Assembly (NCBI GenBank): GCA_045639585.1
Contig: JAZUDJ010000140.1
Coordinates: 10,522-74,521, forward strand
Source: Bacteroidales bacterium
GTDB taxonomy: Bacteria > Bacteroidota > Bacteroidia > Bacteroidales > UBA3663
Length of the DNA stretch: 64,000 nt
Reading direction: 5' to 3'
Shown: piece after piece, positions 1-9,688 of the stretch
Position numbering within the stretch: position 1 is the stretch's first letter
Layout: each line of letters opens with the position of its first letter
The notes under the pieces: generated by a model
What the model saw: the letters and a program-made list of their open reading frames with translations, nothing else
What the model was told of the DNA's origin: nothing
Databases searched by the model: none
Translations under genes and position numbers: made by a program

Positions 1-1383
1 ACCACCATCGGTGTCAAAAACGACGAGGCAGAAGAGGCCATCCGCGTCCTGCAGGAGGAGTTCCGCTTCGAGATTCAGGCAGGCGAGCTTAGCAGCATCA
101 CGGCCGAGCATGACCTGGCTACTGTGGCAGTCGTCGGCGAAAAGATGAAGTCGACCACCGGTATTGCCGGTAAGCTCTTCCGCATCATGGGTCTTAACGG
201 TATCAACATCATTGCCTGTGCACAGGGTGCATCTGAGACCAATATCTCATTCGTCATCAAGAAGATACACCTCCGCAAGGCGCTCAATGTCATCCACGAC
301 TCATTCTTCCTCTCGGAGGTCTCTATCCTCAATGTCTTCCTCACCGGTGTAGGCGTGGTCGGCAAGAACCTCCTCTATCAGATCCGCAATCAGCAGGCTT
401 ATCTGCAGCAGCATAAGAACCTCCAGCTCCGCATCGTCGGCCTTTCTAACAGCCGCCAGTGTATCTTCAACCGCGAGGGTATTGACCTCGACAACTGGGA
501 GGCTGAGCTCAAGGCTTCTACCCACCGCTCATCGCCTGACATCCTGCGCGAGGCCATCATTGGCATGAATGTGTTCAATGCAGTGTTTGTCGACTGTACG
601 GCTTCGCCTGCCATTGCCAGCATCTATCAGGATCTGCTCAACCACAATGTCAGCGTAGTTTGTGCCAACAAGTATGCAGCATCGGGCGACTACAACACCT
701 ACCAGCAGCTCAAGCGTACGGCTCGTGTACGCGGCGTGAAGTACCTCTTTGAGACCAATGTAGGTGCCGGTCTGCCTATCACCAACACCATCAATAACCT
801 CATCAACTCAGGTGACGAGATCCTCAAGATCGAGGCTGTAGTGAGTGGCACGCTCAACTTCATCTTCAATGTCCTCTCAAAGGAGATTCCTATGAGTCAG
901 GCCATCAAGATGGCACGTGAGGCAGGCTATGCAGAGCCAGATCCTCGTCAGGATCTCAATGCCAGCGACGTGATCCGCAAGATCACCATCCTGGCACGTG
1001 AGAGCGGCTACCGCCTCAGCCAGGAGGATGTCGAGAAGCATCTCTTTATCCCGGATGAGTATTTCGAGGGTCCTGTAGAGGACTTCTGGAAGCGCATTCC
1101 AGAACTTGACGACCACTTCGAGCAGATGCGCGCCGAGGCGGCTCAGAACAATGAGGTCTTCCGCTTTGTAGCCACCTTCGAGGATGGTCATGCACGTGTA
1201 GAGCTTCGCAAGGTAGGTCCTACCCATCCATTCTATCACCTGGAGGGTTCTAACAACATCATCCTCCTCACCACCGCTCGCTACAAGGAGTATCCTATGG
1301 AGATCAAGGGATACGGCGCAGGCGCTGCGGTAACCGCTGCAGGTGTGTTTGCGGATATTATTGGAATTGCTAACATCAGATAA
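1..1383 (+). CDS. thrA: Bifunctional aspartokinase/homoserine dehydrogenase (5' truncated by window edge)
   Basis: Frame is open from base 1. ACT domain (VAVVGEKM..GIAGKLF, AQGASETNIS), then HDH with GVGVVG NAD motif, ETNVGAGLP, SGTLN, EPDPRQDL, GYGAGAAVTAAGVFAD. Confidence 0.95.
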   Translation, partial: TTIGVKNDEAEEAIRVLQEEFRFEIQAGELSSITAEHDLATVAVVGEKMKSTTGIAGKLFRIMGLNGINIIACAQGASETNISFVIKKIHLRKALNVIHDSFFLSEVSILNVFLTGVGVVGKNLLYQIRNQQAYLQQHKNLQLRIVGLSNSRQCIFNREGIDLDNWEAELKASTHRSSPDILREAIIGMNVFNAVFVDCTASPAIASIYQDLLNHNVSVVCANKYAASGDYNTYQQLKRTARVRGVKYLFETNVGAGLPITNTINNLINSGDEILKIEAVVSGTLNFIFNVLSKEIPMSQAIKMAREAGYAEPDPRQDLNASDVIRKITILARESGYRLSQEDVEKHLFIPDEYFEGPVEDFWKRIPELDDHFEQMRAEAAQNNEVFRFVATFEDGHARVELRKVGPTHPFYHLEGSNNIILLTTARYKEYPMEIKGYGAGAAVTAAGVFADIIGIANIR

Positions 1384-1389
1384 CCCTCA

Positions 1390-2148
1390 ATGCTCGAAGT
1401 AAAATCCCTCCATAAGTCATTTGACGGTCAGGAAGTACTCAAAGGTATCAACTGCGAGTTCCGCCCCGGCGTCAACAACTTGATCATCGGACAGTCAGGA
1501 TCAGGTAAAACGGTGCTGCTGAAGTGCATCATCGGTCTGTTCCGACCAGAAGAGGGTCAGGTGCTTTATGATGGTCTCGACTTCCATGCGCTGGGTCGTA
1601 AGGAGCTTCGCGAGGTGCGTAAGCAGATCGGCGTACTCTTCCAGGGATCTGCACTCTTCGACTCGATGACTGTCGAGGAGAATGTAGCCTTCCCGCTGCG
1701 CATGTTCTCAGACAAGACCGATGCAGAGATCCGTGAGCGCGTGGACTTCTGTCTGGAGCGCGTCAAGCTACAGGGTGCACACAAGAAGATGCCATCAGAA
1801 ATCTCTGGCGGTATGCAGAAGCGCTGTGCCATTGCCCGTGCCATCTCGCTCAATCCGAAGTATCTCTTCTGCGACGAGCCAAACTCAGGTCTCGATCCTC
1901 AGACCTCCATCGTCATCGACCAGCTCATTGACGACATCACCAAGGAGTATGGTATCACCACTGTGGTCAATACTCATGACATGAACTCCGTGCTGGGTAT
2001 CGGTGACCATATCATGTTCCTGGCCAACGGCAACGTAGAGTGGACGGGATCGCGCCACGACATACTTGAGACGGACAATGAGATCCTCCAGAAGTTCCTC
2101 TTCTCAGCACCTACGCTGCAGAGGATCCGCGACACCCGCAACAAATAA
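1390..2148 (+). CDS. ABC transporter ATP-binding protein (MlaF/Mkl-like)
   Basis: Walker A GQSGSGKT, FQGSALFDSMTVEENVAFPL, ISGGMQKR, Walker B CDEPNSGLDP. Confidence 0.9.
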   Translation: MLEVKSLHKSFDGQEVLKGINCEFRPGVNNLIIGQSGSGKTVLLKCIIGLFRPEEGQVLYDGLDFHALGRKELREVRKQIGVLFQGSALFDSMTVEENVAFPLRMFSDKTDAEIRERVDFCLERVKLQGAHKKMPSEISGGMQKRCAIARAISLNPKYLFCDEPNSGLDPQTSIVIDQLIDDITKEYGITTVVNTHDMNSVLGIGDHIMFLANGNVEWTGSRHDILETDNEILQKFLFSAPTLQRIRDTRNK

Positions 2149-2186
2149 TCATTTTTCACTTTTCCCTTTACCTTTTTCCTAAAAAA

Positions 2187-2573
2187 ATGATTACCGAAGA
2201 ACAAGGCCAGCAGCAGTTCGACGCTGCCGATCGTCTGGAAGCCGCCGTCCTCAAAGGCCGCTGGAAAGGGATGGTGGCCGAGAAGCTCTGGCTCATTGAG
2301 TGTGAGCAAGGTATCATGCTCGAAATGGAGCTCGACAAAGCCGTGAAAGGTCTCCGCCTCATCGGCACTCCAGATGCCACTGACGATGGCAAATACCTCC
2401 TGCAGCTCACCATGAGCGAAGGCAAACCTTGTCCGAACAAGGCCAAGGTACTGCAGGCCGCAACGGATTTTGCTCCGTCGGCCGACAAAGATATTATTGC
2501 CGAGAAATACGTTGAAAATGACCAGATAGCACCTATCTGCGAAATGATATTAGATAACCTATTTACAAAATGA
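2187..2573 (+). CDS. Hypothetical protein (128 aa)
   Basis: ATG after an A-rich leader, host-like codon usage, stop overlaps the next start (ATGA). Confidence 0.75.
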   Translation: MITEEQGQQQFDAADRLEAAVLKGRWKGMVAEKLWLIECEQGIMLEMELDKAVKGLRLIGTPDATDDGKYLLQLTMSEGKPCPNKAKVLQAATDFAPSADKDIIAEKYVENDQIAPICEMILDNLFTK

Positions 2574-3697
2574 AAAAGCTATTATTCTTGATCAGCGTCA
2601 TTGCATTGACGCTTTCTTCATGCACTCAGCAGCCAAAGCCAGAGAAGTATCTCTTTCTCTGCATCGGTCAGTCAAACATGGTAGGCAAGGGTATTGTCGA
2701 GCCACAGGACACCATCGTCCCTGCACGTTTCCTCAACCTCGCTTCGACCAATCAGGAAGATCGCAAGATCGGTGAATGGCGTCTTGCCAAGCCAGGCAAC
2801 TGCCGTCCTAGCGCTAACTATCCTAACTATGTCTCTCCTACCGATTACTTCGGCCGTACGCTTCTTGAGTACCTTCCAGAGACTGATTCAGTAGCGATCA
2901 TCCAGGTAGGCGTCGACGGTTGCCCTATGCGCCTTTTCGACAAGGACGCTCAGTTCTGCGACTCTATTCAGGCCGACTGGATGGAGGGTCAGATCAATGG
3001 CTATGACCGCAAGCCTTGGGAGCGCCTCATCACCCTCGCACATCAGGCCATCAACGAAGGCTGGAAGGTCAAGGGTCTCCTCATCCATCAGGGTGAGACC
3101 GACGCTTATTCTGCTGCTTGGCCAAACCAGATCAACAAGATTTACCAGGATCTCCAGCAGGAGCTCGGCTTCACAGCAGCCGACTGCCCTATCCTCGCTG
3201 GTGAGGCTGTAGGTGCTGATCAAAATGGTGTCTGCGCTCATGCTAACCCAACCATCGACCACATCCACGACTATATCCCTACCGCATACGCTATCTCAGC
3301 TTATGCTTGTCAGGTATCGCCAGACAATCTGCACTTCTCGTCAGAAGGCTACCGCCGCCTCGGCAAGCGCTATGCTATCAAGTGGCTCCAACTCAATGGC
3401 TACGACGTAGCTGACGACGCTGACAGCAAGCTTCAAGTAGAGATGGGTGATCCATCAGATGCATTCGAAGTAAGCGCTTATATCCGTATGCCAGCCGGCC
3501 AGCTCATGGTTGCTTCGAGCGTACCTGTTGCCTCTGTTGACCTCGTATCATACAGTGGCCAGACTCTCTGCAATGTACCATTCGACGGTGCTACCGTCAA
3601 GGACATCGACATTTCAGAGTATGCTACCGAGGACCGCATTGTCCTCAATATTCACTCGGTAGACGGCCAGACCGTCAATCGTCAGGTCAATCGTTGA
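2570..3697 (+). CDS. CE6/SASA-family acetylesterase lipoprotein
   Basis: Lipobox LSSC; GQSNM catalytic Ser motif; HQGETD; DNLH (DxxH). Confidence 0.85.
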   Translation: MKKLLFLISVIALTLSSCTQQPKPEKYLFLCIGQSNMVGKGIVEPQDTIVPARFLNLASTNQEDRKIGEWRLAKPGNCRPSANYPNYVSPTDYFGRTLLEYLPETDSVAIIQVGVDGCPMRLFDKDAQFCDSIQADWMEGQINGYDRKPWERLITLAHQAINEGWKVKGLLIHQGETDAYSAAWPNQINKIYQDLQQELGFTAADCPILAGEAVGADQNGVCAHANPTIDHIHDYIPTAYAISAYACQVSPDNLHFSSEGYRRLGKRYAIKWLQLNGYDVADDADSKLQVEMGDPSDAFEVSAYIRMPAGQLMVASSVPVASVDLVSYSGQTLCNVPFDGATVKDIDISEYATEDRIVLNIHSVDGQTVNRQVNR

Positions 3698-5494
3698 TCA
3701 TTTGATCCTCACGATGCGAATGCCACTGATTGACTTCTGCACCTTGGCATATTCTGCAATGGTGCGGGAGTCGACGACCACTTGCTTCTGAGCAGAACTG
3801 GCATGCATCAAGCGAGGAGTAGCATCAGGCGTTGGCTTCCAGACGAAACCGACGTGCTGCACATCAAGACCAGTTGTGGTGGTAAGGAAAACCACGATAT
3901 CGCCATGCTGCATCTGTGAATAAGCCTTTGCAATATGCGATGAGGGGATGTATGAGACACTCTGTGTACTCAGCATCTCCTCTATTTTTTTGACCTCATT
4001 GAGCATCGCCTCACTCTGCTGCAGCTGCGGATAGAAGCGAGGGTTCTGGCTCATGAAATTGATTTTCTTGCTCAATGGCTGAGCCCCCTTGAGCTGTGAC
4101 GTCACGTCCTGGAGCAATCCCTGCCACTCTGCATCGCTGATCCACTCGCTGAAATAATGCTTACGCGTAGCATAGTTGCCACGGATGCTGTGACGGTAGC
4201 GCAAGGCCTGGAGATAAGCTGCAAACACAGAGTCTTTGGCAGCAGGCTGTGCGACGCGTGCCAGACGAGCGGCAGTGACATATTCTACATAAGTGGTGCA
4301 ATCCACGCCATCGAGATTGACGATGAGTGGCTCTGTGAATTTTTCTTGATCGGAAGGGAGATTCTTGGGTTCAAGAGTTGAAGCGACGTAGGGAGTTCCC
4401 TTGCCTGTCTGAGGATCATAGAAAGGAAGATAAGCCTCATCGAACGAAACAGGGGTAAGACGTGGCAGCCAAGCGTCGGCCGACTGAGAGAAAACCTTGT
4501 CGAGCGTCACCTGCTGCGCCTCAGCAGCAGAGAGCTGGCGGCTCCACGCTACTCGCTGAGCGGTAGCAGCGCCCTCTCCCACATTATTATATTCTATAAA
4601 GCGAGCAGTAGCCTCGCGCTTCGGATCATTCCAGTTGTCCCATCCTGCAGGACTCAGTTGCGCAGGAAGTTCACAATTCATAAACAGCACGCTGGCATAG
4701 TTGCGCCAAGGACGACCTAAGTGCAGACGCTTGACCTCAGGAGCCGCAGTGACCAGACAATGATTGAACACATAGCCACGAGGATTCTCCGCAGGCGTAG
4801 AGGCCGCAGTGATGCAGCCATCACCGATGGAATGGATATGACACTGCTCCATCCAGACGGTAGCAGGACCGAAGATATAATCGACAGCACCCTCGACGTA
4901 GCAATCGACGAAGAGCTGGCGCGAACGTGCATTGCCATTGAACATCGTATCCTGGAAGCCACGGAAAGTGCAATGACGGAAGACGGAACGATCTGCCTCA
5001 TTATGCAATGCCACCGCCTGACCGCCACGAGCGTCATTGACGATGGTCATATTCTCACACTCAAATCCCTCACCATAGACCTTGATCGTATAGCTCTCGA
5101 AAGTTCCCAGACGATGGCCACGCTCAGAAGACTGACGGCCACCATGACCCATCTGGTCGGCTAATGATCCTAACACTACACCCTCGAAGCGACCCGTCTG
5201 CTGCAGATTAGCGTGGTCGTGCCAGATCAGGATGGTGCTATCGCGATCCTCTCCTACCAGCGTAATATTGGTCTTGTAAGCCGGTACGATGACCTTCTCC
5301 TCATAAACACCCTTGCGCACCAGAATGTGCAGTCGGCCCTCAGGACTATAGTCGCGGATACTGAGGATAGCGTCCTGGATAGAGGTATAGTCACCCGAGC
5401 CATCTTGTGCTACGATGGCTCGATAGAGCTGTGCATGTGTTGCCATCAAGGAACACTGGACGACAAAGAGGAGCAGAAAGAATAGTCTTTTCAT
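3698..5494 (-). CDS. Secreted pectin methylesterase (CE8) fused to a C-terminal DUF1460 (NlpC/P60-like amidase) domain
   Basis: Signal peptide; CE8 motifs GVYEE, QAVAL, QDTM, DYIFG, LGRPW; then LIVNLDGVDCTTYVE, RKHYFSEW, GLDVQHVG, HASS. Confidence 0.85.
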   Translation of the reverse strand: MKRLFFLLLFVVQCSLMATHAQLYRAIVAQDGSGDYTSIQDAILSIRDYSPEGRLHILVRKGVYEEKVIVPAYKTNITLVGEDRDSTILIWHDHANLQQTGRFEGVVLGSLADQMGHGGRQSSERGHRLGTFESYTIKVYGEGFECENMTIVNDARGGQAVALHNEADRSVFRHCTFRGFQDTMFNGNARSRQLFVDCYVEGAVDYIFGPATVWMEQCHIHSIGDGCITAASTPAENPRGYVFNHCLVTAAPEVKRLHLGRPWRNYASVLFMNCELPAQLSPAGWDNWNDPKREATARFIEYNNVGEGAATAQRVAWSRQLSAAEAQQVTLDKVFSQSADAWLPRLTPVSFDEAYLPFYDPQTGKGTPYVASTLEPKNLPSDQEKFTEPLIVNLDGVDCTTYVEYVTAARLARVAQPAAKDSVFAAYLQALRYRHSIRGNYATRKHYFSEWISDAEWQGLLQDVTSQLKGAQPLSKKINFMSQNPRFYPQLQQSEAMLNEVKKIEEMLSTQSVSYIPSSHIAKAYSQMQHGDIVVFLTTTTGLDVQHVGFVWKPTPDATPRLMHASSAQKQVVVDSRTIAEYAKVQKSISGIRIVRIK

Positions 5495-5521
5495 AGAAGG
5501 TGTGTGATGATTTTTGAGGTA

Positions 5522-6820
5522 TTACTTGATCGCTGGTCCCTGGCTGGTCTCAATGAGGTCATTGCCGAGGGTAACCTGCTGACAGACATTGACCAACGAA
5601 GGATCGAACGGAGCCTCAACGCGGATATAATTCTCAGTAAATCCGTGCATCAGCTTTTTATTTCCATGAGTAGGTTCTTCCCACAAGACACGGCGAGAAG
5701 TACCGAACTGTGTGCGATAGAAGTCGCGCAACTTCTGGTCGGACAAAGCCACCAGACGCGCAGTACGCTCATGGCGCTCAGGGCCTGGAATGATCGGTTT
5801 GATCTCCAAAGCGCGAGTACCAGAACGCTCGCTGTAAGTAAATGGATGCAGCTGTGACACAGGCAAGGACTCTAGGAAATCATACGACTTCTGGAAGAGC
5901 TCAGCCGTCTCTCCTCGCATTCCTGCCATCACGTCCACTCCGATGAATGCATCCGGCATGAGCTCTCGCACCATCTCGATCTTGCGACGGAAGAGAGAGG
6001 TGTCATAACGGCGACGCATCAAGGTCAGCACCTCATCGCTACCCGCCTGCAGTGGAATATGGAAATGAGGAGCAAAGCGCTTGGAATCCGTGGCAATCCA
6101 GCGGATCAGGTCATCGGTCAGGAGGTTAGGTTCGATGGAACCAATGCGGTAGCGCTCAACGCCTTCCACCTCATCGAGTGCACGACAGAGGTCAAAGAAG
6201 TTCTCATCAGTACCCTTACCGAAATCTCCGATATTGACACCGGTCAGGACAATCTCCTTGCCACCCTTGGCAACGACGTCCTGCGCCATCTTGACGAGCT
6301 CTGCGATGCTGGTGCTACGACTGCGGCCACGCGCCATCGGGATGGTGCAATAAGTGCAGAAATAGTCGCAACCATCCTGCACCTTGAGGAAGTGGCGCGT
6401 ACGGTCATCGGCCGAGCAACCACCGTGGAAGGTGTGGATGTCTTTATATTCAGTATGGTAGAGCAACGTCTCCTGACGCTTCTCCAGATTACCTAATAAT
6501 GAAGTGATATTCTCACCCTTGAATTCCGTACCGACAATCACGTCGATACCCTTCACTCGCTCTGCCAGCTGCTGTGGCTCGATCTGCGCGTAACAGCCTG
6601 TAACAAGGACGAATGCATCAGGATTCTCGTGTATCAGCTTATTGATCTGCTGACGGCTCTTGGCCGTGGCCTGCTCAGTAACGGCACAGGTATTGACCAC
6701 CACCAGATCAGCCTCCTTGCGGCTCTTCTCGAAGCCGAGCTGCTCAAGGCGATAGGCGAGTGTAGAAGTCTCGGCAAAATTCAAGCGGCAGCCGAGGGTA
6801 TAGTAAGCGACTTTTTTCAT
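5522..6820 (-). CDS. mtaB: tRNA t6A37 methylthiotransferase (radical SAM)
   Basis: TLGCRLNFAET, NTCAVT, KVQDGCDYFCTYCTIP (CxxxCxxC), C-terminal GFTENY. Confidence 0.93.
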   Translation of the reverse strand: MKKVAYYTLGCRLNFAETSTLAYRLEQLGFEKSRKEADLVVVNTCAVTEQATAKSRQQINKLIHENPDAFVLVTGCYAQIEPQQLAERVKGIDVIVGTEFKGENITSLLGNLEKRQETLLYHTEYKDIHTFHGGCSADDRTRHFLKVQDGCDYFCTYCTIPMARGRSRSTSIAELVKMAQDVVAKGGKEIVLTGVNIGDFGKGTDENFFDLCRALDEVEGVERYRIGSIEPNLLTDDLIRWIATDSKRFAPHFHIPLQAGSDEVLTLMRRRYDTSLFRRKIEMVRELMPDAFIGVDVMAGMRGETAELFQKSYDFLESLPVSQLHPFTYSERSGTRALEIKPIIPGPERHERTARLVALSDQKLRDFYRTQFGTSRRVLWEEPTHGNKKLMHGFTENYIRVEAPFDPSLVNVCQQVTLGNDLIETSQGPAIK

Positions 6821-7416
6821 AGTGAGGAATTAGGAGTGAGGAGTGAGGAATTAATTGCTGCGAGAAGGTGGTTGAGTTCCTGCTCCTCGAATTGCAGAGT
6901 AAACATTCCCTTGCCTTGCAACTGACGCAGCTCATCGATCGTAAAGAAACGACCCTCATCGACCTCATCATGATCAGGATGCAGTTCTCCATCATAAGTA
7001 ACAGCAAAGGCGGTAACAAGCTCTCGTTCACGAGATGATTGCCAGATATACTGGAAGAGGAAGCGAAGTGGAGAAGGCTGGCCGTTGGAGCAAATTACTC
7101 CTAACTCCTCACTCCTAACTCCTAACTCCTCTCGCGCCTCCCGTCGCACCGCCTGAGCCAACGACTCGCCGACATCGACATGACCACCTACCGAGGTATC
7201 CCACAAGCCTGGCGCGATATCCTTCTTCATTGATCGTTTCTGCAAGTAGAGTCGGCCCTCTCGGTCAAAGACATGCAGGTGCACGACAGGGTGCAATGCC
7301 ATGCTGCCACCGTGGCAATAACGTCGTGTGGCCTGACCCACTACGTGGCCTTCCTCGTCGATCAGAGGGAAATATTCATTGCAGGCATCTGCTGCAGGGT
7401 ATTGAAGTTCAATCAT
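6817..7416 (-). CDS. NUDIX hydrolase (Idi/YfcD-like)
   Basis: LHPVVHLHVF, QKRSMKKD, Nudix box GGHVDVGESLAQAVRREAREELG. Start placed at the ATG downstream of the promoter. Confidence 0.9.
   Translation of the reverse strand: MIELQYPAADACNEYFPLIDEEGHVVGQATRRYCHGGSMALHPVVHLHVFDREGRLYLQKRSMKKDIAPGLWDTSVGGHVDVGESLAQAVRREAREELGVRSEELGVICSNGQPSPLRFLFQYIWQSSRERELVTAFAVTYDGELHPDHDEVDEGRFFTIDELRQLQGKGMFTLQFEEQELNHLLAAINSSLLTPNSSL
6821..6858. repeat. Heptamer repeat (GAGTGAG/GAATTAG), inverted partner of 7090-7130
   Basis: agtgaggaattaggagtgaggagtgaggaattaattgc read directly. Confidence 0.8.
7090..7130. repeat. Heptamer repeat (ACTCCTA/ACTCCTC) in-frame inside the NUDIX gene
   Basis: gcaaattactcctaactcctcactcctaactcctaactcct read directly. 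Confidence 0.85.
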
Positions 7417-7437
7417 CTTTTTTCTATTTAAGCGGTG

Positions 7438-7516
7438 CAAAGATACTCATTTTATTCCAAAAACTACAAGTTCTGCCACTTTTTTTTGGTATTTTCGGAG
7501 AGTTTGAGTATCTTTG
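7438..7516. promoter_or_regulatory. Divergent Bacteroidetes sigma-A promoters (NUDIX-mtaB / IMPase-trpS)
   Basis: TATCTTTG on - at 7438-7445 and on + at 7509-7516, the latter with TTTG 20 nt upstream. Confidence 0.75.
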
Positions 7517-7525
7517 CGCCCAATT

Positions 7526-8365
7526 ATGGACATAGCTAAAAAACAAATCATGAGTCTGAGACATCCATTTGCGCCTAAGGAAATGACCGAAGACAATGCA
7601 TGTATCATGCAGTGTGCCATTGATATTGCCATGGCAGCCGGCAAGATACAGTTTCATAAATTCCGTAGTCGTGGCCTTGACATCGAGACCAAGAGCAACC
7701 TGCACGACCTGGTCACAGAGGTCGACAAGGAATGTGAAGCATTGATCATCGACAGGATCCATCAGGCCTATCCTTCGCACAGCATCCTGAGCGAGGAGAC
7801 GGGCATGCACCGCAATGGCGACTCTGATTGGGAGTGGGTGGTCGATCCGCTCGATGGCACCAACAACTACTCCGAGGGTCTGCCAATGTATTGCGTCAGC
7901 ATCGGCGTGCAGTACAAGGGTGTCACTCAAGTGGGTGTGGTCTATGCTCCTTCGTTCGACAGCCTCTATACCGCCATCCGTGGCGAGGGTGCACAGTGGA
8001 ACGGCAAGCAAATCCGCGTGAATCGCAAGACCGACCTCAACGAGTGCATCGTAGCAACCGGCTTCCCTTACGACAAGGCCACCGTCGGCCAGGACAAGAA
8101 CAACCTCGACAACGTCTGCCGCATGCTGCCACAGTTGCGCGGGTTGCGTCGCATGGGTTCGGCCGCCTTCGACCTCTGCTGTGTGGCTTGTGGTATGCTT
8201 GATGGCTACTGGGAGCTCAATCTCAACGCCTGGGACGCTTGTGCGGGTATGCTCATCGTCGAAGAGGCTGGCGGCGTCGTCCGTCCGTTCCGCGAGGATC
8301 GCAAGATCTCCATCGTGGCTGGTTATGAGCCGATTGTAAAACTGATTCTTGAAAATGTAAAATAA
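7526..8365 (+). CDS. suhB: Inositol monophosphatase (SuhB family)
   Basis: DLVTEVD, SEE, WVVDPLDGTNNY, GSAAFDLC, WDACAG. Start uncertain (7526, 7550 or 7583). Confidence 0.88.
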   Translation: MDIAKKQIMSLRHPFAPKEMTEDNACIMQCAIDIAMAAGKIQFHKFRSRGLDIETKSNLHDLVTEVDKECEALIIDRIHQAYPSHSILSEETGMHRNGDSDWEWVVDPLDGTNNYSEGLPMYCVSIGVQYKGVTQVGVVYAPSFDSLYTAIRGEGAQWNGKQIRVNRKTDLNECIVATGFPYDKATVGQDKNNLDNVCRMLPQLRGLRRMGSAAFDLCCVACGMLDGYWELNLNAWDACAGMLIVEEAGGVVRPFREDRKISIVAGYEPIVKLILENVK

Positions 8366-8373
8366 AAAAATAA

Positions 8374-9372
8374 ATGGAAAAGAAACCCATCGTGCTGAGT
8401 GGCATCCGCTCTACCGGACACCTCCACCTCGGCAACTACTACGGAGCTCTCCGCAATTTCGTGGAGATGCAGAATGACTACGATTGCCGTTATTTCATCG
8501 CAGATTATCACTCACTTACCACCCAGCCTGATCCAGAGATCCTGAATCCAAACGTGCGCAGCATCCTGGCAGAGTATCTCGCAGCAGGTATGGATCCTGA
8601 GAAGTGTACCGTATACGTTCAGTCAGACGTTCCTGAGACCTGTGAGTTCTATACCCTCCTCAACATGCACGCTTATCTTGGCGAGCTCGAGAAGACCGTA
8701 TCGTTCAAGGACAAGGCTCGCAAGCAGCCAAACAACGTCAATGCAGGCCTCCTCACCTACCCTGTCCTCATGGCAGCAGACATCCTGCAGCACCGCGCTA
8801 ACTTCGTGCCAGTAGGCAAGGATCAGCTCCAGCACCTCGAGATGGCTCGTAACTTCGCTAAGCGCTTCAACAACTTCTATAAGTGCGATCTCATGATCGA
8901 GCCAAAGCCATACGAGGCTAAGGGTGAGCCAATTAAGATCCCAGGACTCGACGGCTCAGGCAAGATGGGCAAGAGCGAAGGCAACTGTATCTACATCAAC
9001 TACGACGACAAGACCGTCATCAAGAAGTTCAAGAAGGCCGTGACCGACATGACTCCTGAGCAGCCAAACTCAGAGATGAACGAGCCAATCAAGAACCTCT
9101 TCTACTTCCTCAAGCTCGTCTCAACTCCAGAGATCTACGACCAGTACCTCGCAGCATGGAACGATTGCTCAATCCGCTACGGCGACCTCAAGATGCAGAT
9201 CGCTACCGACGTACTCAAGGTCACCGCTCCTATCCGTGAGCGCTACAACGAGATCTACGCCGACACCGAGTATCTTAATAAGGTACGCGAGATGGGTGCA
9301 GAGAAGGCTCGCACTTACGTCCGTGAGACACTCGACGAGATGCGTCGCCTCATGGGATTCCGCAAGTTCTAA
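8374..9372 (+). CDS. trpS: Tryptophan-tRNA ligase
   Basis: HLGN, YPVLMAADIL, VPVGKDQLQHLE, KMGKS. Confidence 0.96.
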   Translation: MEKKPIVLSGIRSTGHLHLGNYYGALRNFVEMQNDYDCRYFIADYHSLTTQPDPEILNPNVRSILAEYLAAGMDPEKCTVYVQSDVPETCEFYTLLNMHAYLGELEKTVSFKDKARKQPNNVNAGLLTYPVLMAADILQHRANFVPVGKDQLQHLEMARNFAKRFNNFYKCDLMIEPKPYEAKGEPIKIPGLDGSGKMGKSEGNCIYINYDDKTVIKKFKKAVTDMTPEQPNSEMNEPIKNLFYFLKLVSTPEIYDQYLAAWNDCSIRYGDLKMQIATDVLKVTAPIRERYNEIYADTEYLNKVREMGAEKARTYVRETLDEMRRLMGFRKF

Positions 9373-9406
9373 AGAAAATTGACGTTACGTACACAACGTC
9401 ACCTTT

Positions 9407-9458
9407 CACGACCGTGGATGTCAACAAATGAATTCAAATGTCGACATCCACGGTCGTG
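9407..9458. repeat. Perfect 16-bp inverted repeat (hairpin) after trpS
   Basis: cacgaccgtggatgtc ... gacatccacggtcgtg; a second hairpin ggcatctcc/ggagatgcc follows (9458-9491). Confidence 0.8.
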
Positions 9459-9552
9459 GCATCTCCCCCACTGTACGGTGTAGGAGATGCCGAGATGCTG
9501 GCATCCTTCACCCGGTACCGAGTTTAGGATGACGAGAGTTAGGAAGGGATGT

Positions 9553-9615
9553 CTTGCATGCAGGACGTCCCTTCTTGCATTCAGGAATGGACATTTTGCA
9601 TGCACGGCGTCCGTT
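9553..9615. repeat. Degenerate 21-bp tandem repeat (x3) with TTGCATGCA core
   Basis: cttgcatgcagga at 9553, cttgcattcagga at 9574, tttgcatgcacgg at 9595. Confidence 0.65.
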
Positions 9616-9688
9616 CCGTGATCAAGAATCGTATTTCCGGAGTCTATTACATCGTCCCGATGAAAAAAATCGCCTGATTCGCTATTTT

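Noticed and set aside
1-2148. thrA without thrC, and an MlaF-like ATPase without its permease
   Set aside because: Operon shuffling is common, and the partners may lie elsewhere in the genome; this cannot be assessed from the window.
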